64,000 nt of DNA from positions 10,468 through 74,467 of the forward strand of contig SHVR01000005.1 in the NCBI GenBank assembly GCA_009694185.1. Reading direction: 5' to 3'. Below are positions 44,116 through 57,752 of this stretch, one piece after another; within the stretch, counting starts at the first letter, position 1; each line of letters opens with the position of its first letter. Origin of the DNA: Alphaproteobacteria bacterium. GTDB taxonomy: Bacteria > Pseudomonadota > Alphaproteobacteria > SHVR01. Made by a program: the position numbers and the translations under genes. Below the pieces are notes generated by a model. The model did no database searches. It had not been told where the DNA came from and worked only from the letters and a program-made list of their open reading frames with translations.

Positions 44116-44856
44116 TTGGCGATGTTAACGCGGAAGCAACAGGAGCTGCTGCTCTACATCAATGGGCGCATCACCGAGGACGGGGTGTCGCCCTCTTTCG
44201 ACGAGATGAAGGACGCGCTCGGCCTCAAGTCCAAGTCGGGCATCCACCGCCTGATCACCGGTCTGGTCGAACGCAAATTCCTCCAGCGCATCGCCCACCG
44301 GGCCAGGGCACTCGAGGTTTTGCGCCTGCCGACCACGGCCGGCATCATGCCAGGTGCCCCGGACGCGGAAGCGGACGCCGAAAAGGGCAACGTGCTCCGG
44401 CCGGATTTCCAACCGCGACCGACCGCCGTGCCGAACGCGCGTGCGTCGAGCTCTGGGACGGGCGGCACCAACCCGGGTGCGAGCATACCGCTGTTCGGGC
44501 GGATCGCCGCCGGGACGCCCATCGAGGCACTGCGCGACCCGGGTAATTTTATCGACGTGCCCGGCCACCTGCTCGGCCGGGGGGAGCATTTCGCCCTCGA
44601 AGTAGCCGGCGATTCCATGATCGACGCCGGCATCTACGAGGGTGACACGGTGCTGATCGAGCGCTGCGATACGGCCGATCCCGGCAGCATCGTGGTGGCC
44701 TTGATCGACGATCAGGAGGCGATGCTGAAGCGGCTCCGCCGCAACAAGGGTTCGATCGCCCTCGAGTCGGCCAACCCCAAATACGAGACCCGCATCTTCG
44801 GCCCGGACCGGGTCAAGATTCAGGGCCGTCTGGTGGGATTGCTGCGGCGCTATTGA
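44116..44856 (+). CDS. lexA: SOS repressor LexA
   Basis: N-terminal winged HTH ([12 protein letters not shown]...) and a C-terminal S24 peptidase with Ser (GDSM) and Lys (KRL). It has the long alpha-type linker. Confidence 0.95.
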   Translation: MAMLTRKQQELLLYINGRITEDGVSPSFDEMKDALGLKSKSGIHRLITGLVERKFLQRIAHRARALEVLRLPTTAGIMPGAPDAEADAEKGNVLRPDFQPRPTAVPNARASSSGTGGTNPGASIPLFGRIAAGTPIEALRDPGNFIDVPGHLLGRGEHFALEVAGDSMIDAGIYEGDTVLIERCDTADPGSIVVALIDDQEAMLKRLRRNKGSIALESANPKYETRIFGPDRVKIQGRLVGLLRRY

Positions 44857-47086
44857 CCTGAATCTCGCCGTCGCGTACCTCGCCGGCCCGGCGCGGCAGA
44901 ACCACCCAGGGGCGGTTGCCGCGCTCGCCGTTGACGGTCTGGATACGGATGCGCTTGCCGTCCAACCAGATCGCGTGGCCACCCTGGCGCCATAGATCGA
45001 AGCGATCGACGATGAGCACCGCCTGGCGGCAGGCGCGCCGATCGGCGCCGCGCACCGGCACTTGGCTCACGACGATCTGGGCACCGGCACAGTCCGGGTG
45101 GAGCTTACCTTCGGCGAGCGGCAGGACCACGGCCACCTCGCCGACACGATAGAGGCAGCGCCCTCCCGCACAGGTCAGCCGGCCGTCGGCGCTGGTACCG
45201 GACTTGGGCCACGCACCCGCCACATCGCCGCCGCTGCGCCGGAGCCAAACGTCGCGGACGAACGCGGCACTCTTCTCGGACGAGAGCCAGAAGCCGCCAT
45301 CCTGGGCGCGCGCCGCCACCAACCGCCCGTCACCGAAGAGCAGCAAATCGGCCGGCTTGACCAGCAGCGTCGAGGCGATGCCGGCGACGATGCCGAGTGC
45401 CCCGAACCAGCGCCAGCCCTGCTGCCATATGGCGAGCCAGAGGCCCCCCAGGACGATCAGCCCAAGGCCCGCGCCCGGCATGGCGGGCACCGTCCAAACG
45501 GCACCGGACCACGCCTGGACCGTGCGGGCCACGGCGAGGATGGCATCGACACCCCAGCCGAGCGGTACCAGCGCCCAAGCCTCGAGACCGAACGGCATCA
45601 AGAGAACGGCAACCAGCAGCCACGGCATCACCCAGAATGACGAGACCGGCACCGCCAGCAAATTGGCCACCACGCCGTAAGCCGGAAAGCGGTTGAAGTG
45701 GTAGATGCCAAAGGGCGTGGTCGCGACGGTCGCGATCAGTGACGTGAGCATCAGCAAGCCGACATAGAATGCCGCCGCCTGGAGCCAGGTTCGCTCCCCC
45801 ACACCCCGGCTATCGGCGCGGGCGAGGCGGGCGGCCCGTCGCTTGGCTGCCCACTCATAGACGGCAATCAAGGCGACGACGGCGGAGAAGGAAAGCTGGA
45901 AGCTCGCGCCCAGCAGGCTTTCGGGTGCCACGAGGATGATGAGTGCGCCGGCCCAGGCGACGGTGCGCATGTTGATCGCCATGCGGCCCGCCAGCACCGC
46001 CACCATGACGATCGCCAGCATGATGAAGGACCGCTGCGCCGGGACGGCGGCACCCGATATCATGAGATAGAGGGCCGCGACCATGGCGGCGACGATGGTG
46101 GCGCACTTCTTGATGTCGACACGCAGTGCCAGCGGCCCGATGAGCGCCAGAAGCGCGCGCAGAACGAAGAACACGAACCCGGCCGCGAGGCCGATATTCA
46201 TGCCCGAAATGGCGAGGAGATGAGCGAGGCCCGAATCGCGCATCGCCTGGAGGGCCTCGTCCGGGATACCGCCGCGTATGCCGGTCAGAAGCGCGCCCGC
46301 GATGGCACCCCGGGCACGGCCCGTTTCGTCGCCGTCGAAGACATCCTCGATGCGTTGCTGGAGGTCGTGGCGAAAGGCCGCGAGGCGGATGCTCCAGGCG
46401 ACATCGGGGCCGGCCACCTCCGGCGCCGCGACGGGGCCGACGGCATAGCCCGTGGCACCGATGCGCTGGAAGAAGCCACTCCATTGCCCGTCGAAGGCGC
46501 CCGGCATGGCCGGCGGCGAGAGCGGCAGCAGGACGGCCTTGACCGTGAGCCGCTCACCGGGTCGAGGTGGCTTGGTCAAGCCGTTGACGCGGAGGCGGAT
46601 GCGGGCGGGGGTCGCGGGCTTCTCCAACCCCTCGACGACCGGGTTCTCCAGAACGACGCGATGACCGCGGGCCAGGCGCTCGCTCTCGACGATCCGGCCC
46701 GAGACGGTCACGGGCCCGAGCCGCCGCTCGATGCGCGGACCGGCGAGTTCGCCTACATGCCATTGCGACACCGCGAAGCCGAGAGCTGCGGCAAGGAGCC
46801 CGAACAGCACCGCGCCGAGCCCGCGCGGCTCGACGCGGAGCCCGTACCAGGCGGCGGTGGCGATGGCGGCAAGCGCCAGCACGCCAAGGCTCCAGGCCGG
46901 CGCCGGTTCCACCGGCCAAGCGAAATAGACCACATTGCCGACACCGATGGCGACCGGCAGCCAGAGCTGCCAGCGCTCCGCTTCCCGCGCAAGCCACGCC
47001 GGTCGCCATGGCCGCGAGGCCGCCGGTTCGCGCTCGACCATCCTGTCGCTCTTGACGCCGGTTCCGAGCATGCCAATAACAACCAT
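44813..47086 (-). CDS. comEC: ComEC/Rec2-family competence membrane protein
   Basis: Large polytopic protein with the ComEC competence domain pattern and an N-terminal DUF4131-like region. It is convergent with lexA, overlapping by 44 nt, and divergent from gltX, as is conserved in alphaproteobacteria. Confidence 0.8.
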   Translation of the reverse strand: MVVIGMLGTGVKSDRMVEREPAASRPWRPAWLAREAERWQLWLPVAIGVGNVVYFAWPVEPAPAWSLGVLALAAIATAAWYGLRVEPRGLGAVLFGLLAAALGFAVSQWHVGELAGPRIERRLGPVTVSGRIVESERLARGHRVVLENPVVEGLEKPATPARIRLRVNGLTKPPRPGERLTVKAVLLPLSPPAMPGAFDGQWSGFFQRIGATGYAVGPVAAPEVAGPDVAWSIRLAAFRHDLQQRIEDVFDGDETGRARGAIAGALLTGIRGGIPDEALQAMRDSGLAHLLAISGMNIGLAAGFVFFVLRALLALIGPLALRVDIKKCATIVAAMVAALYLMISGAAVPAQRSFIMLAIVMVAVLAGRMAINMRTVAWAGALIILVAPESLLGASFQLSFSAVVALIAVYEWAAKRRAARLARADSRGVGERTWLQAAAFYVGLLMLTSLIATVATTPFGIYHFNRFPAYGVVANLLAVPVSSFWVMPWLLVAVLLMPFGLEAWALVPLGWGVDAILAVARTVQAWSGAVWTVPAMPGAGLGLIVLGGLWLAIWQQGWRWFGALGIVAGIASTLLVKPADLLLFGDGRLVAARAQDGGFWLSSEKSAAFVRDVWLRRSGGDVAGAWPKSGTSADGRLTCAGGRCLYRVGEVAVVLPLAEGKLHPDCAGAQIVVSQVPVRGADRRACRQAVLIVDRFDLWRQGGHAIWLDGKRIRIQTVNGERGNRPWVVLPRRAGEVRDGEIQVNSAAAIPPDGPES

Positions 47087-47129
47087 GGAACGGACATCAC
47101 CTTAACAACGTCGCGAGGCCAGTGAAACG

Positions 47130-48548
47130 ATGAGCGTCGTCACACGCTTCGCCCCGTCACCGACGGGCTTCCTGCATATCGGGGGTGCCCGCACGGCCTT
47201 GTTCAATTGGCTGTTCACGCGCCGTCATGGCGGCACCTATCGCCTGCGCATCGAGGACACCGATCGCAAGCGCTCCACCGTGGAGGCCATCGCCGCCATC
47301 GTCGAGGGCCTCAAATGGCTCGAACTGGATTGGGACGGCGAGATCGTCTTCCAGTCCCGGCGCCTGGCGCGCCATGGCGAAGTGGCGCGCCAGATGCTGG
47401 CGGCGGGCACGGCCTATCGCTGTTATTCGACGCCCGAGGAGCTGACCCAGATGCGCGAGCGGGCGCGCGCCGAAGGCCGGCCGATCCGCTATGACGGGAC
47501 GTGGCGCGAGCGCGACCCCTGCGACGCGCCGGCGGGCGTGGCGCCGGCGATCCGTTTGAAGGCACCGCAAACCGGCGAGACCCTGGTGGAAGACCGCGTG
47601 CAAGGCCCGGTGCGCGTCGCCAATGGCGAACTCGACGACATGATCCTGCTGCGCTCCGACGGCACGCCCACCTACATGCACTCGGTCGTGGTCGACGACC
47701 ATGACATGGCGATCACCCATGTCATTCGGGGTGACGATCACTTCTCCAATACGTTCCGGCAATTACAGATCTATCACGCACTCGATTGGCCGACGCCGGC
47801 CTTCGCCCATATCCCGCTGCTGCACGGGCCCGACGGCGCCAAGCTCTCGAAGCGCCATGGCGCGCTTGGCGTCGAAGCCTATCGCGACATGGGGTTCCTG
47901 CCCGAGGCCATGCGCAACTATTTGCTGCGTCTCGGCTGGGCCCATGGCGACGACGAGACCATCGCGACCGAACAGGCGATCCTCTGGTTCGAGCTCGATG
48001 GCGTCGGGCGCTCGCCCTCGCGGGTCGACATGGCGAAGCTCCAGAACCTCAACGCCCATTACATTCGCGAAGCCGAGGCCGGCCGTCTCGCGGACGCGAT
48101 CATGGCCCGCCTCGCCGCCGACGGCCGTCCCAAAGTGGCGAGCGATGTGCTGCGTGGCCGCCTGCTGGCCGGCATGGACGGCCTCCGGCCCCGAGCCAAG
48201 ACACTGGTCGAATTGGCCGATCTTGCGGCCTTCTATGGCCTCTCACGGCCTCTCGCACTCGACGGCAAGGCGGCTAAGCTCCTCGATGGCGCCGCGCGCG
48301 AACGCCTCGCCGGGGTACACGCCGCACTGGCGAATGCGGGCGAGTGGACGGAGTCCGGGCTCGATGCGATAGTTCGCAATCATGCCGAGCAACGGGGCGT
48401 GAAACTCGGCGATATGGCGCAGCCATTGCGCGCCGCGTTAACCGGATCGACAGTATCGCCGGGTATTTTCGAGGTCATGGCCGTTTTGGGTCCGGAAGAG
48501 AGCCGCAGCCGTCTCGCCGATGCGATTGCCGGCCTGAATCCTGTCTAA
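47130..48548 (+). CDS. gltX: glutamate--tRNA ligase
   Basis: It starts [21 protein letters not shown] (HIGH motif) and has the KLSKR (KMSKS) motif. Confidence 0.95.
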   Translation: MSVVTRFAPSPTGFLHIGGARTALFNWLFTRRHGGTYRLRIEDTDRKRSTVEAIAAIVEGLKWLELDWDGEIVFQSRRLARHGEVARQMLAAGTAYRCYSTPEELTQMRERARAEGRPIRYDGTWRERDPCDAPAGVAPAIRLKAPQTGETLVEDRVQGPVRVANGELDDMILLRSDGTPTYMHSVVVDDHDMAITHVIRGDDHFSNTFRQLQIYHALDWPTPAFAHIPLLHGPDGAKLSKRHGALGVEAYRDMGFLPEAMRNYLLRLGWAHGDDETIATEQAILWFELDGVGRSPSRVDMAKLQNLNAHYIREAEAGRLADAIMARLAADGRPKVASDVLRGRLLAGMDGLRPRAKTLVELADLAAFYGLSRPLALDGKAAKLLDGAARERLAGVHAALANAGEWTESGLDAIVRNHAEQRGVKLGDMAQPLRAALTGSTVSPGIFEVMAVLGPEESRSRLADAIAGLNPV

Positions 48549-48653
48549 CCGCCATATTGCAGTGCATTATTGCAATGCAATATTTCGGCGAACATGTAGA
48601 ATTATTAAGCATAGTGGGTTCCGCAATAGATCGTTACGCGAGGAATTCCGGAC

Positions 48654-49988
<1,335 letters not shown>

Positions 49989-50014
49989 CCACGTCTCGTG
50001 GTCGATCGATCCAA

Positions 50015-50044
50015 GGGCGGCACCGCCGGGTGCCGCCCTTTTCC
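50015..50044 (+). terminator. rho-independent terminator downstream of gltA, possibly bidirectional with gloA
   Basis: A perfect 10-bp GC stem (gggcggcacc / ggtgccgccc) with a gccg loop is followed by TTTT. Confidence 0.8.
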
Positions 50045-50052
50045 TTACCGAG

Positions 50053-50496
50053 CTATTTTCGCTCGACCAGTTCGATGCGATAGCCGTCCGGGTCCTCGAT
50101 GAAGGCGATGACGCTGCCGCCATGGGCCATCGGTCCGGCGGGCCTGGGAATCTTGACGCCTTCCTTGGCGAGCGCGGCACAGGTGCCATGGACGTCGGGG
50201 ACGCCGATCGCCAGATGGCCGAAGCCGGTGCCGAGCTGGTAGGGCTCCCGCTGCTCCCAATTATGGGTCAGTTCGACCACGCATTGGCTGGCCTCGTCGC
50301 CATAGCCGACGAAGGCGAGCGTGAACTTGCCGGTCGGGTAGTCCTTCTGGCGCAACAAATTCATGCCGAGAAGCCGGGTGTAGAAATCGAGCGATTTTTT
50401 CAGGTCATGCACACGGATCATGGTGTGCAGCAGGCGGTACTTCTCGGTGCCGTGGGCAGCCCTGGCGGGGCTTGCCATCGTGGCGGGATCATTCAT
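50053..50496 (-). CDS. gloA: lactoylglutathione lyase (glyoxalase I, VOC family)
   Basis: LLHTMIRVHDLKKSLDFY...GHLAIGVPD...GYRIELVE are glyoxalase I motifs. The start is the ATG at 50496, or at 50478. Confidence 0.85.
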   Translation of the reverse strand: MNDPATMASPARAAHGTEKYRLLHTMIRVHDLKKSLDFYTRLLGMNLLRQKDYPTGKFTLAFVGYGDEASQCVVELTHNWEQREPYQLGTGFGHLAIGVPDVHGTCAALAKEGVKIPRPAGPMAHGGSVIAFIEDPDGYRIELVERK

Positions 50497-51701
50497 GGCG
50501 TTGCTCCGGGTTGCTCGGGTTGGCGCCCACTCTGGCCCGCGCCGCCACGATAGGCAAGCGCCAGCACCCGTTCGGCCGCGCCGGCGCTCGGCGACCGGCC
50601 GGCCGGCGCGAGCCGGGCAATGGCTTCCCCAAAGCCAGCGCGCTGCGCCGCTCTCGCCTCGGGGTCGCGGAGCAAGTGGACGATTGCGTCCGCGAGCCGA
50701 TCGGGCGCGCACGCCCCCTGCAACAGTTCGGGCACGGCCGGCCGCCCCAGCAGGATGTTCACCAGTGAAATATGGGGCACGCGAAGCAGCCGCCGGCCGA
50801 GCCAGTAGGAGAGCGGGTGCAGGCGATAGGCGACCACCATGGGCACGCCCGCCCATGCCAACTCCAGAGTCACGGTGCCCGAGACCGCAAGCGCCACATC
50901 GGCGGCGGCGAAAGCATCCCGCTTCGCATCGCCCGCCAGCACCACGCACGTCGGCACCGGCCAGGCGGCCGCCGCCTTGCTCACTGTTTCAACGACCGCC
51001 TCAACCGTTGGCAAGACCACTTGCAAGCCGTCGACCCGAGGCCCGAGACGGCGAACCGTATCGGCGAAGACCGGCAGCAGCCGTTCGACCTCGCTGGCGC
51101 GGCTGCCGGCGAGCACGGCTATGAGCGGCGCCCCGACGGCGATCCCGTGCTCGCGGCGAAACCGGGCGCCGCCGCCCGCCGGCTGCTCGACCACGGGATG
51201 GCCAACCCATGTGGTCGCGAGGCCCTCGCGTTCGAACAGGAGCGGCTCGAACGGCAGCAGGGCCAGAAGATGATCGTAGAGCGCCGCCATCCGCTTGGCG
51301 CGGCCTGGGCGCCAGGCCCAGACCATGGGTGCCACATAATGCACGCGCGGAATGGTCGACCCGGCCCCCACCAGCCGTTTGGCCACCCGGTTGTTGAATG
51401 AGGACGAGTCGATGGTGACGATCGCATCGGGCCGCATGGCCAGGATCGCGTCCGCGGTCTGGCGAATACGGCGAAGGAGCAGTGGGAGGCGCGGCACCAC
51501 TTCCGCCACCCCCATGACCGAGAGATCGGCCATGGGAAACAGGCTGACGAGGCCGGCCTCGGTCATCCGGGCGCCGCCGACACCGGCGAACCGGGGCGCC
51601 GCCGGCGCTTGTTCTTTGATCTTCGCCATGAGGGCGGCCCCCAGCGCGTCGCCCGATGGCTCGCCCGCGACGAGAAAAATGAAGGGCGGGCGTCCGGACA
51701 C
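50493..51701 (-). CDS. lpxB: lipid-A-disaccharide synthase
   Basis: It starts IFLVAGEPSGD, the LpxB N-terminus. The likely start is a GTG at 51701, just after the lpxI stop. Confidence 0.85.
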   Translation of the reverse strand: MSGRPPFIFLVAGEPSGDALGAALMAKIKEQAPAAPRFAGVGGARMTEAGLVSLFPMADLSVMGVAEVVPRLPLLLRRIRQTADAILAMRPDAIVTIDSSSFNNRVAKRLVGAGSTIPRVHYVAPMVWAWRPGRAKRMAALYDHLLALLPFEPLLFEREGLATTWVGHPVVEQPAGGGARFRREHGIAVGAPLIAVLAGSRASEVERLLPVFADTVRRLGPRVDGLQVVLPTVEAVVETVSKAAAAWPVPTCVVLAGDAKRDAFAAADVALAVSGTVTLELAWAGVPMVVAYRLHPLSYWLGRRLLRVPHISLVNILLGRPAVPELLQGACAPDRLADAIVHLLRDPEARAAQRAGFGEAIARLAPAGRSPSAGAAERVLALAYRGGAGQSGRQPEQPGATP

Positions 51702-51709
51702 GGGCGGTC

Positions 51710-52576
51710 TCAGCAGTCCGGCGTGAGGTCGCCGGGCGTGAAGGCGACGACGAACAGCCCCGCTTTGTCGGCGGCCTCGACGATGGCGGCCCGGTCGATA
51801 ACCAGACTTGCCCCGGCCTCGATGGCGATCCCACGGAGACCCGCGGCACTGGCCCGGAGCACGGTTGCGAGCCCGATGGTGGGCAGGTCGACACGACGTT
51901 CCTGGCCCGGCTTGCTGAGTTTGACCAGGACGCCCGGCGGGCCTTCCCGGCGGAGACCGGCCGCCCGCTCCAGCATCGAATCGGTGCCCTCGACCGCCTC
52001 GACGGCGAGCACGATCGCCTGCTGCACGACGACCGCCTGACCGACATCGACCGAGCCGAGCGCCCGGGCCACGTCGGCGCCGCGCCGAATGTCCCGCCAC
52101 GCCTCGCCGTCGGGCGTATGGGCACCATAGACCCCCGGGGAAGCGAGCAATTCGCCGAGCACGTCGTCCGGCCCCACCACGCGAAAGCCCTCGCCCTCCA
52201 ACTCGCGCACCACCAACGAGAGCACGGAATCGTCACCCAGAATACGAAGGCCGACCTTCGCCAGGAATGCGAGTGCCCGCCGGTCCGGTCTCAACGCCGC
52301 GAGCGACGGGCGACGCACACGCCCCGCGAAGACAATTTCGCCGGCACCCGCGCCCCGTAGCAAGTCGATGGCGGTTCCCGCCTCACCCATGCGTATCCAG
52401 GCATGGGGCACGTCCGCGAAGGCACCCGCCCGCGCTTGCCCTTCCAGGGCAAGGACGAACACGGGACGGTCGACGGCGCGGCAAGCGTCGATGAGCCGCA
52501 TCGGCAAGTCGCCGCCGCCGGCCACGATGGCGAGTGTGGCGGGCGCGGCCGGCGGCTCCGCCTCAATCGGCATCGC
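51710..52576 (-). CDS. lpxI: UDP-2,3-diacylglucosamine pyrophosphatase LpxI (DUF1009)
   Basis: [11 protein letters not shown] is the typical N-terminus. It sits in the conserved lpxA-lpxI-lpxB position. The ATG is at 52576. Confidence 0.8.
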   Translation of the reverse strand, partial: AMPIEAEPPAAPATLAIVAGGGDLPMRLIDACRAVDRPVFVLALEGQARAGAFADVPHAWIRMGEAGTAIDLLRGAGAGEIVFAGRVRRPSLAALRPDRRALAFLAKVGLRILGDDSVLSLVVRELEGEGFRVVGPDDVLGELLASPGVYGAHTPDGEAWRDIRRGADVARALGSVDVGQAVVVQQAIVLAVEAVEGTDSMLERAAGLRREGPPGVLVKLSKPGQERRVDLPTIGLATVLRASAAGLRGIAIEAGASLVIDRAAIVEAADKAGLFVVAFTPGDLTPDC

Positions 52577-53363
52577 CAGCCTTGGGCTGGCAGATGGCCC
52601 GGTTCGAAGCGGTCTCGATGAAGCGCACGATGTCCATGACGCCTGGATTGTCGCCATACATGCCGGCCACGTCGGCAACCCGCTCCTGCATGGTGCCTTC
52701 CTCGGCGAACAACAGCCGGTAGGCGGTCCGGAGCGCCTGGGTCTCCTCGCGGCTGAAGCCGCGTCGGCGCAAGCCCACGAGATTAAGCCCCCGTAGCCTT
52801 GCCCGATCCCCGAAGACCGAGCCATAGGGGATGACGTCATGCTCGACGCCCGACATGCCGCCGATCATGGCGTGGGCGCCGATGCGCACGAACTGGTGCA
52901 CCGCCGATAAGCCGCCGAGGATCGCGTAATCGCCCACCTGAACATGCCCGCCGAGGGTCGCATTGTTGGCCATGATGACATGGTCGGCGATACGGCAATC
53001 ATGGGCGACGTGAGCCCCCACCATGAAGAGGCAGTGATTGCCGACAATTGTTTCCATGCCGCCAGCCTCGGTGCCCGGATTCATGGTGACATGTTCGCGA
53101 ATCCGGTTATCTCCACCGATGATCAAGCGCGACGCCTCACCGTTGTATTTGAGGTCCTGCGGCTGGTGTCCGATCGAGGCGAAAGGAAATATGTGCGTGC
53201 GAGGACCGATGCGGGTGCGTCCGGCGACGACCACATGGGCCTCCAGGACGACCCCGGCCCGAAGCTCGACCTCGGGACCCACGATGCAATAAGGCCCGAC
53301 GGACACGGCTTCGCCGAGCGTCGCCCCGGGTGCCACGATGGCGGTCGGATGAATCGCCGCCAT
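52563..53363 (-). CDS. lpxA: acyl-ACP--UDP-N-acetylglucosamine O-acyltransferase
   Basis: It starts [11 protein letters not shown], has hexapeptide repeats, and carries the LpxA C-terminal helical domain. Confidence 0.93.
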   Translation of the reverse strand: MAAIHPTAIVAPGATLGEAVSVGPYCIVGPEVELRAGVVLEAHVVVAGRTRIGPRTHIFPFASIGHQPQDLKYNGEASRLIIGGDNRIREHVTMNPGTEAGGMETIVGNHCLFMVGAHVAHDCRIADHVIMANNATLGGHVQVGDYAILGGLSAVHQFVRIGAHAMIGGMSGVEHDVIPYGSVFGDRARLRGLNLVGLRRRGFSREETQALRTAYRLLFAEEGTMQERVADVAGMYGDNPGVMDIVRFIETASNRAICQPKAGDAD

Positions 53364-53397
53364 GGGCTTACCGCTCGATGAACCGACCCGCGACAAA

Positions 53398-53865
53398 TCA
53401 GTCATTCATGATCATCGCGCTGTAGGTCGCCTCGGCCATCAAAGCCTCGCCGACCCGCGCCTCGCCACGGAATTTCCAGACATTCGCCCGATGCCGCTGT
53501 TTGACGACATGGATGCGAAGTTGGTCGCCTGGAAATACCGGCTTGCGAAACCGGGCATTCTCGATCGTCATGAAATAGACCAGCTTACCTTCCGCCGCCG
53601 GACCCAGTGTGTGGACAACCAAGACGGCCGCCGTCTGGGCCATGGCCTCGATGATCAGGACCCCGGGCATGACCGGGCGCAGCGGGAAATGCCCCTGGAA
53701 ATGCGGTTCATCGATCGACACATTCTTGATGGCCGTAGCACTCGCGTCGGGAACCAGGGCGACGATGCGGTCGATCATCAAGAAGGGATAGCGATGGGGA
53801 ATCATTTCCATAATGCGGGTTATGTCCACATTGACAACCCCGAGCGCTTTCGATGCCCCTTCCAT
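53398..53865 (-). CDS. fabZ: 3-hydroxyacyl-ACP dehydratase FabZ
   Basis: [10 protein letters not shown]..., the catalytic His in EPHFQGHFP, and PGVL.IE are present. Confidence 0.95.
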   Translation of the reverse strand: MEGASKALGVVNVDITRIMEMIPHRYPFLMIDRIVALVPDASATAIKNVSIDEPHFQGHFPLRPVMPGVLIIEAMAQTAAVLVVHTLGPAAEGKLVYFMTIENARFRKPVFPGDQLRIHVVKQRHRANVWKFRGEARVGEALMAEATYSAMIMND

Positions 53866-53869
53866 ATTT

Positions 53870-54895
53870 CTAGCCGCCTCTCTTCTTGGCGAGCCTGGTC
53901 AATATCGCGACGGTTCGGAAGAATTCGCGAACCGGCATGGCGGGACTCCCGATGACGGATTCGCCCGCGCCCACGTCGCGCATGACCCCGGCCTTGGCCC
54001 CTATCCTGGCACCGCGGCCGATGCGTAAATGGCCCGCTACTCCACCTTGGGCCGCGATGACGGCATAGTCCTCAAGCACCGTACTGCCCGCGACACCCGC
54101 CTGGGCCACGATGACGCACCCCCGACCAATCCGCACGTTGTGCCCGATCTGAACCAGATTATCAATCTTCGTTCCGTCGCCGATGATGGTGTCCGGACCG
54201 GAGCCCCGATCGACGGTGCTGTTGGCGCCGATCTCCACATCGTCGCCGATGATGACCCGCCCGAGTTGGGGAATGTCGAGATGACCTTCGGCGCTCATGG
54301 CGAAACCGAAACCCCTTGTGCCGATCCGCACGCCGGCATGGATCAGCACCCTGGAGCCCACCAGGCAATAGCCGAGCGAGGCGCCAGCGCCGATCTCCAC
54401 ATCGTCGCCGATGCGCACACCGTTACCAATCACGGCATTGGCGCCGATATCGGAGTTCGCGCCGGTCACCACGGCGCGCCCGACCACCGCGCCCGGCCCG
54501 ACGCGAGCACCGGCACCCAACACGGCCGTGGCATCAATCTGGGCGGTCGGGTCGATTCCAGGCGGAAACGCCGGCAGCGGATGGAAGGCCCGAGCCAGGA
54601 GGGCATAGGCGCGATGGGGGTTCTCGGCGACGAGGAGGGCCATGCCGACGGGGGCCGCCTCGGCAAATCGCGCCGGCACGACACAGGCGCCAGCCCGGGT
54701 CCGGAGCAGCGCCTCCAGATAACGCTGGTCGAGGAGAAAACTAACGGCGTCGGGCTCGGCTTCCTCCAACGCCGCGATGTCGCGAAAGACCCGCTCCGGC
54801 TCGGGCGGATTTAGCGGCGTCGCCGCCGCGATCCGCGCCAGCTCTGCAAAGGTGAACGGGCCTTTGGGCGGCTCGAAGAAACGCGGATCCGCCAT
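53870..54895 (-). CDS. lpxD: UDP-3-O-(3-hydroxymyristoyl)glucosamine N-acyltransferase
   Basis: LpxD N-terminal domain plus an extensive left-handed beta-helix of hexapeptide repeats. Confidence 0.93.
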   Translation of the reverse strand: MADPRFFEPPKGPFTFAELARIAAATPLNPPEPERVFRDIAALEEAEPDAVSFLLDQRYLEALLRTRAGACVVPARFAEAAPVGMALLVAENPHRAYALLARAFHPLPAFPPGIDPTAQIDATAVLGAGARVGPGAVVGRAVVTGANSDIGANAVIGNGVRIGDDVEIGAGASLGYCLVGSRVLIHAGVRIGTRGFGFAMSAEGHLDIPQLGRVIIGDDVEIGANSTVDRGSGPDTIIGDGTKIDNLVQIGHNVRIGRGCVIVAQAGVAGSTVLEDYAVIAAQGGVAGHLRIGRGARIGAKAGVMRDVGAGESVIGSPAMPVREFFRTVAILTRLAKKRGG

Positions 54896-54898
54896 ACG

Positions 54899-55450
54899 TT
54901 ACCCCTTGGGCACCTCAACCTTGGTAGCCGGAAGCTGGACGTTCAGCCGCTTCAACGCCTCGGCGGTGGAATCCAGCCGCTCGTCCAGCGCCAAGAGGAC
55001 GCCGCGCGGGACGACGACGTTCGCACCCCGTTCGGTCATCAACGCGCGCGTGATTTCGACCAGGACACCGCGGACCTTTTGCATGGCCCCCGCCTCCGCC
55101 TGGTCGAGCTGCCGGCGCCGGGTTCGCGCCTTTACTTGCAGCGCGGACGCGCGCTGCTGCAGTTCCTGGCGCCGCTGCTGGCTCGCCTCCTGGCTCAGCA
55201 ATTGCCGCTGTTGGCCCAGTTCCTGGTCCATGCGACGGAGTTCGTCTTCCTCCTTGGTGATCTCGCCCTGATAGGAAGTGCGGATTTTGTCTAGCTGTTC
55301 CCGGACATTCTTCATCACCGTCGCTTCCTTGAGGATGCGATCCGTGTCGATGACCATGACGACCGGTTGCGGGAGCGGCTGAGCCTCCGCCGGGCCGACG
55401 ATCGGGATCAGGGCAAGAATGAGGAGGCAAGCAAAGGTCACGGCGCGCAT
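54899..55450 (-). CDS. OmpH/Skp-family periplasmic chaperone
   Basis: It has a signal peptide and a coiled-coil Q/E/R-rich body, and it lies between bamA and lpxD. Confidence 0.85.
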   Translation of the reverse strand: MRAVTFACLLILALIPIVGPAEAQPLPQPVVMVIDTDRILKEATVMKNVREQLDKIRTSYQGEITKEEDELRRMDQELGQQRQLLSQEASQQRRQELQQRASALQVKARTRRRQLDQAEAGAMQKVRGVLVEITRALMTERGANVVVPRGVLLALDERLDSTAEALKRLNVQLPATKVEVPKG

Positions 55451-55453
55451 GGG

Positions 55454-57748
55454 TCAGAATCTCGTTCCAAAGCTGAACAGGAAACGGTCGATCTTGTCGA
55501 AATCCTCTTTGAGGATGGGTTGCGCGACATCCAAGCGCAGCGGGCCGAAGGGTGACACATAGGTGATCCCAAAGCCAACCGAAGCGCGGATCGAGGATTC
55601 ATCGCGGACCTCGGGGGCGTCGATCTCAAAGCCGCCGACCGTGCCGATATCCGTGAACACCCGGCCGCGAACATTGAATTCCTTCGGCAAACCAAGCGGG
55701 AAGGCGAGTTCGGTCGTGCTTACTGCGTAATAAGTGCCACCAAGCGCGTCGTCCGTACGGGTATCCCTGGCACCCACGCCACCCAACTCGAAGCCACGAA
55801 AATCGTCGCCGCCAACGAGGAAGCGATCGTTGATGCGCGTATTCTGGCCAAGGCCGGCAATGTAACCCGCCCGGCCACCCAATCCCAACACCACCTGATC
55901 GCCAAACGGGAAGTAGACAGTGCCCTTAACAATTCCGCGCGCGAAATTTATGTCGCCGCCCAACCCCGCGAAATCAGTGCCCAAGCTCACGATGTAACCA
56001 TCGCTGGGATCGAACCGGTTATCGCGCTTGTCATAGACGATTTCTTGCCCGACCAGCGACACGACCTTGGCGCCTTCCTGGTCCTGGATGAATCGCGACG
56101 TCTCGGTTCCGGCGATGATGTCGTCTACCCGAGCGGTGTAGCGCAGATTTTGCCGCAGCGTCTCGCTCAGCCGATAACCGGTTCGCAACGACGTGCCCGT
56201 CGAGTTCAGCCGGAACGAACTCTCGTCCAGCAGGTCCCGGCGGATACTGAAGATATCGACGCCGGCGCTGACATTACGATCGAGAAAGTAGGGCTCGGTA
56301 AAGCTGATGTCGGCCTGCTGGCGGAACTGGGCGATGGAGAGTCCCAACCGCAAGTCTTGGCCGCGGCCAAGCAGGTTACGTTCCCGAATACCGATATCCG
56401 TCAGCGGACCGAGACTCGACGAGAAGCCGGCGCCGAGCGACAACTCGCCCGTCGAGCGCTCCGTAACATCGACCTTGATTGTCGTGCGGTCGGGCTCGTC
56501 GCCCTGGACGTTCGTGACCTCGGCTTTTTCGAAATAGCCGAGATTGCGAAGTCGCTGTCGCGTGCGACGGATCTTGGCTGTATTGAAGGCGTCGCCTTCC
56601 TGAAGCCGGAACTCCCGGCGAATAACTCGATCGAGCGTGCGAACATTGCCTTCGATCTCGATGCGGTCGACATACACCCTGGGCCCTTCCGCGATGCCGT
56701 AACTGACATCGACGCGCAGCGTGTCGCGATCGCGGTTCACACTCGGCTTCACGTCGACAAAGGCGTAACCGAACCGCCCCACCTCGTCGGTGAGCGCCTC
56801 GATCGTCTTGTCGACCGCGTCGGCATTGTACCAATCGCCTGACGCCGTCGTGACCAGCTGGCGGACTTGCTCCACATCCAAGTCCGGAAGCTGACTGACC
56901 ACGTCGATCTTGCCGAACTTGTAGCGCTGCCCCTCCTCCACCGTGAATGTCACGACAAAACCGGTACGCTCCGGAACCAGCTCGGCAACCGCCGAAACGA
57001 CGCGAAAATCGGCATAGCCTTTCGACAGGTAGAATTTCCGCAACAGCTCCCGGTCGTAGGCCAAGCGGTCGGGATCGTAGACGTCGTCGCTGCTCAAGAA
57101 CTTGTACCAGCGGTACTCCTCGGTTTGAACTTCCGAGCGCAATTGCCCGTCGCTGAACCGCCTGTTGCCGACGAACACGATTCGGTCAACATAGGTGGTC
57201 TGACCCTCGTCGATCTCGAAGACGAGATCGACACGGTTCTGGGGCAAGGTGATGATCTTGGGTTCGACGGTGGCCGCGAAGCGGCCGCCGCGGCGATAGA
57301 CGTCGAGGATGCGTTTGACATCGGTTTGCACGCGGGTACGGGTGTAGACGGTGCGCGGCCGAAGTTGGACTTCCGCCTCAAGCGTCTTGTCGTCGATACG
57401 GCTATTTCCCTCAAAGGCGATGCGGTTGATGATCGGATTTTCGACCACCCGCACCACCAGATCGGAGTCTTGCTGACGGATGGTCACGTCGACAAAGAAT
57501 CCGGTGCCGAACAACGCCTTGAGCGAAGCGTCCATCTTGACTTCGTCGAAACGCTCGCCCGCCCTGAGGGTCAGATAGGACCGCACCGTGTCGGGGTCGA
57601 CCCGCTGGGCACCCTCGATCCGGATGTCGCGAATGGCGTTTTGGGCGCGGCTGGCTCCCGCGTGAACAATGAGGGCCAGCGCCACCAAAGCGACCCTCGT
57701 TAGGGCCCGCGGCCAGAGACGGCCTCGAGGAAAAGCCGGGGCAAACAT
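55454..57748 (-). CDS. bamA: outer membrane protein assembly factor BamA
   Basis: Five POTRA repeats are followed by a 16-strand beta-barrel, with a C-terminal aromatic residue (…FGTRF). A signal peptide starts at the ATG at 57748. Confidence 0.93.
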   Translation of the reverse strand: MFAPAFPRGRLWPRALTRVALVALALIVHAGASRAQNAIRDIRIEGAQRVDPDTVRSYLTLRAGERFDEVKMDASLKALFGTGFFVDVTIRQQDSDLVVRVVENPIINRIAFEGNSRIDDKTLEAEVQLRPRTVYTRTRVQTDVKRILDVYRRGGRFAATVEPKIITLPQNRVDLVFEIDEGQTTYVDRIVFVGNRRFSDGQLRSEVQTEEYRWYKFLSSDDVYDPDRLAYDRELLRKFYLSKGYADFRVVSAVAELVPERTGFVVTFTVEEGQRYKFGKIDVVSQLPDLDVEQVRQLVTTASGDWYNADAVDKTIEALTDEVGRFGYAFVDVKPSVNRDRDTLRVDVSYGIAEGPRVYVDRIEIEGNVRTLDRVIRREFRLQEGDAFNTAKIRRTRQRLRNLGYFEKAEVTNVQGDEPDRTTIKVDVTERSTGELSLGAGFSSSLGPLTDIGIRERNLLGRGQDLRLGLSIAQFRQQADISFTEPYFLDRNVSAGVDIFSIRRDLLDESSFRLNSTGTSLRTGYRLSETLRQNLRYTARVDDIIAGTETSRFIQDQEGAKVVSLVGQEIVYDKRDNRFDPSDGYIVSLGTDFAGLGGDINFARGIVKGTVYFPFGDQVVLGLGGRAGYIAGLGQNTRINDRFLVGGDDFRGFELGGVGARDTRTDDALGGTYYAVSTTELAFPLGLPKEFNVRGRVFTDIGTVGGFEIDAPEVRDESSIRASVGFGITYVSPFGPLRLDVAQPILKEDFDKIDRFLFSFGTRF

Positions 57749-57752
57749 CCGG

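Noticed and set aside
51001-52236. 411-aa minus-strand ORF overlapping lpxB and lpxI in another frame
   Set aside because: An alternate frame of two well-supported lpx genes, with Arg/Pro-rich junk translation.
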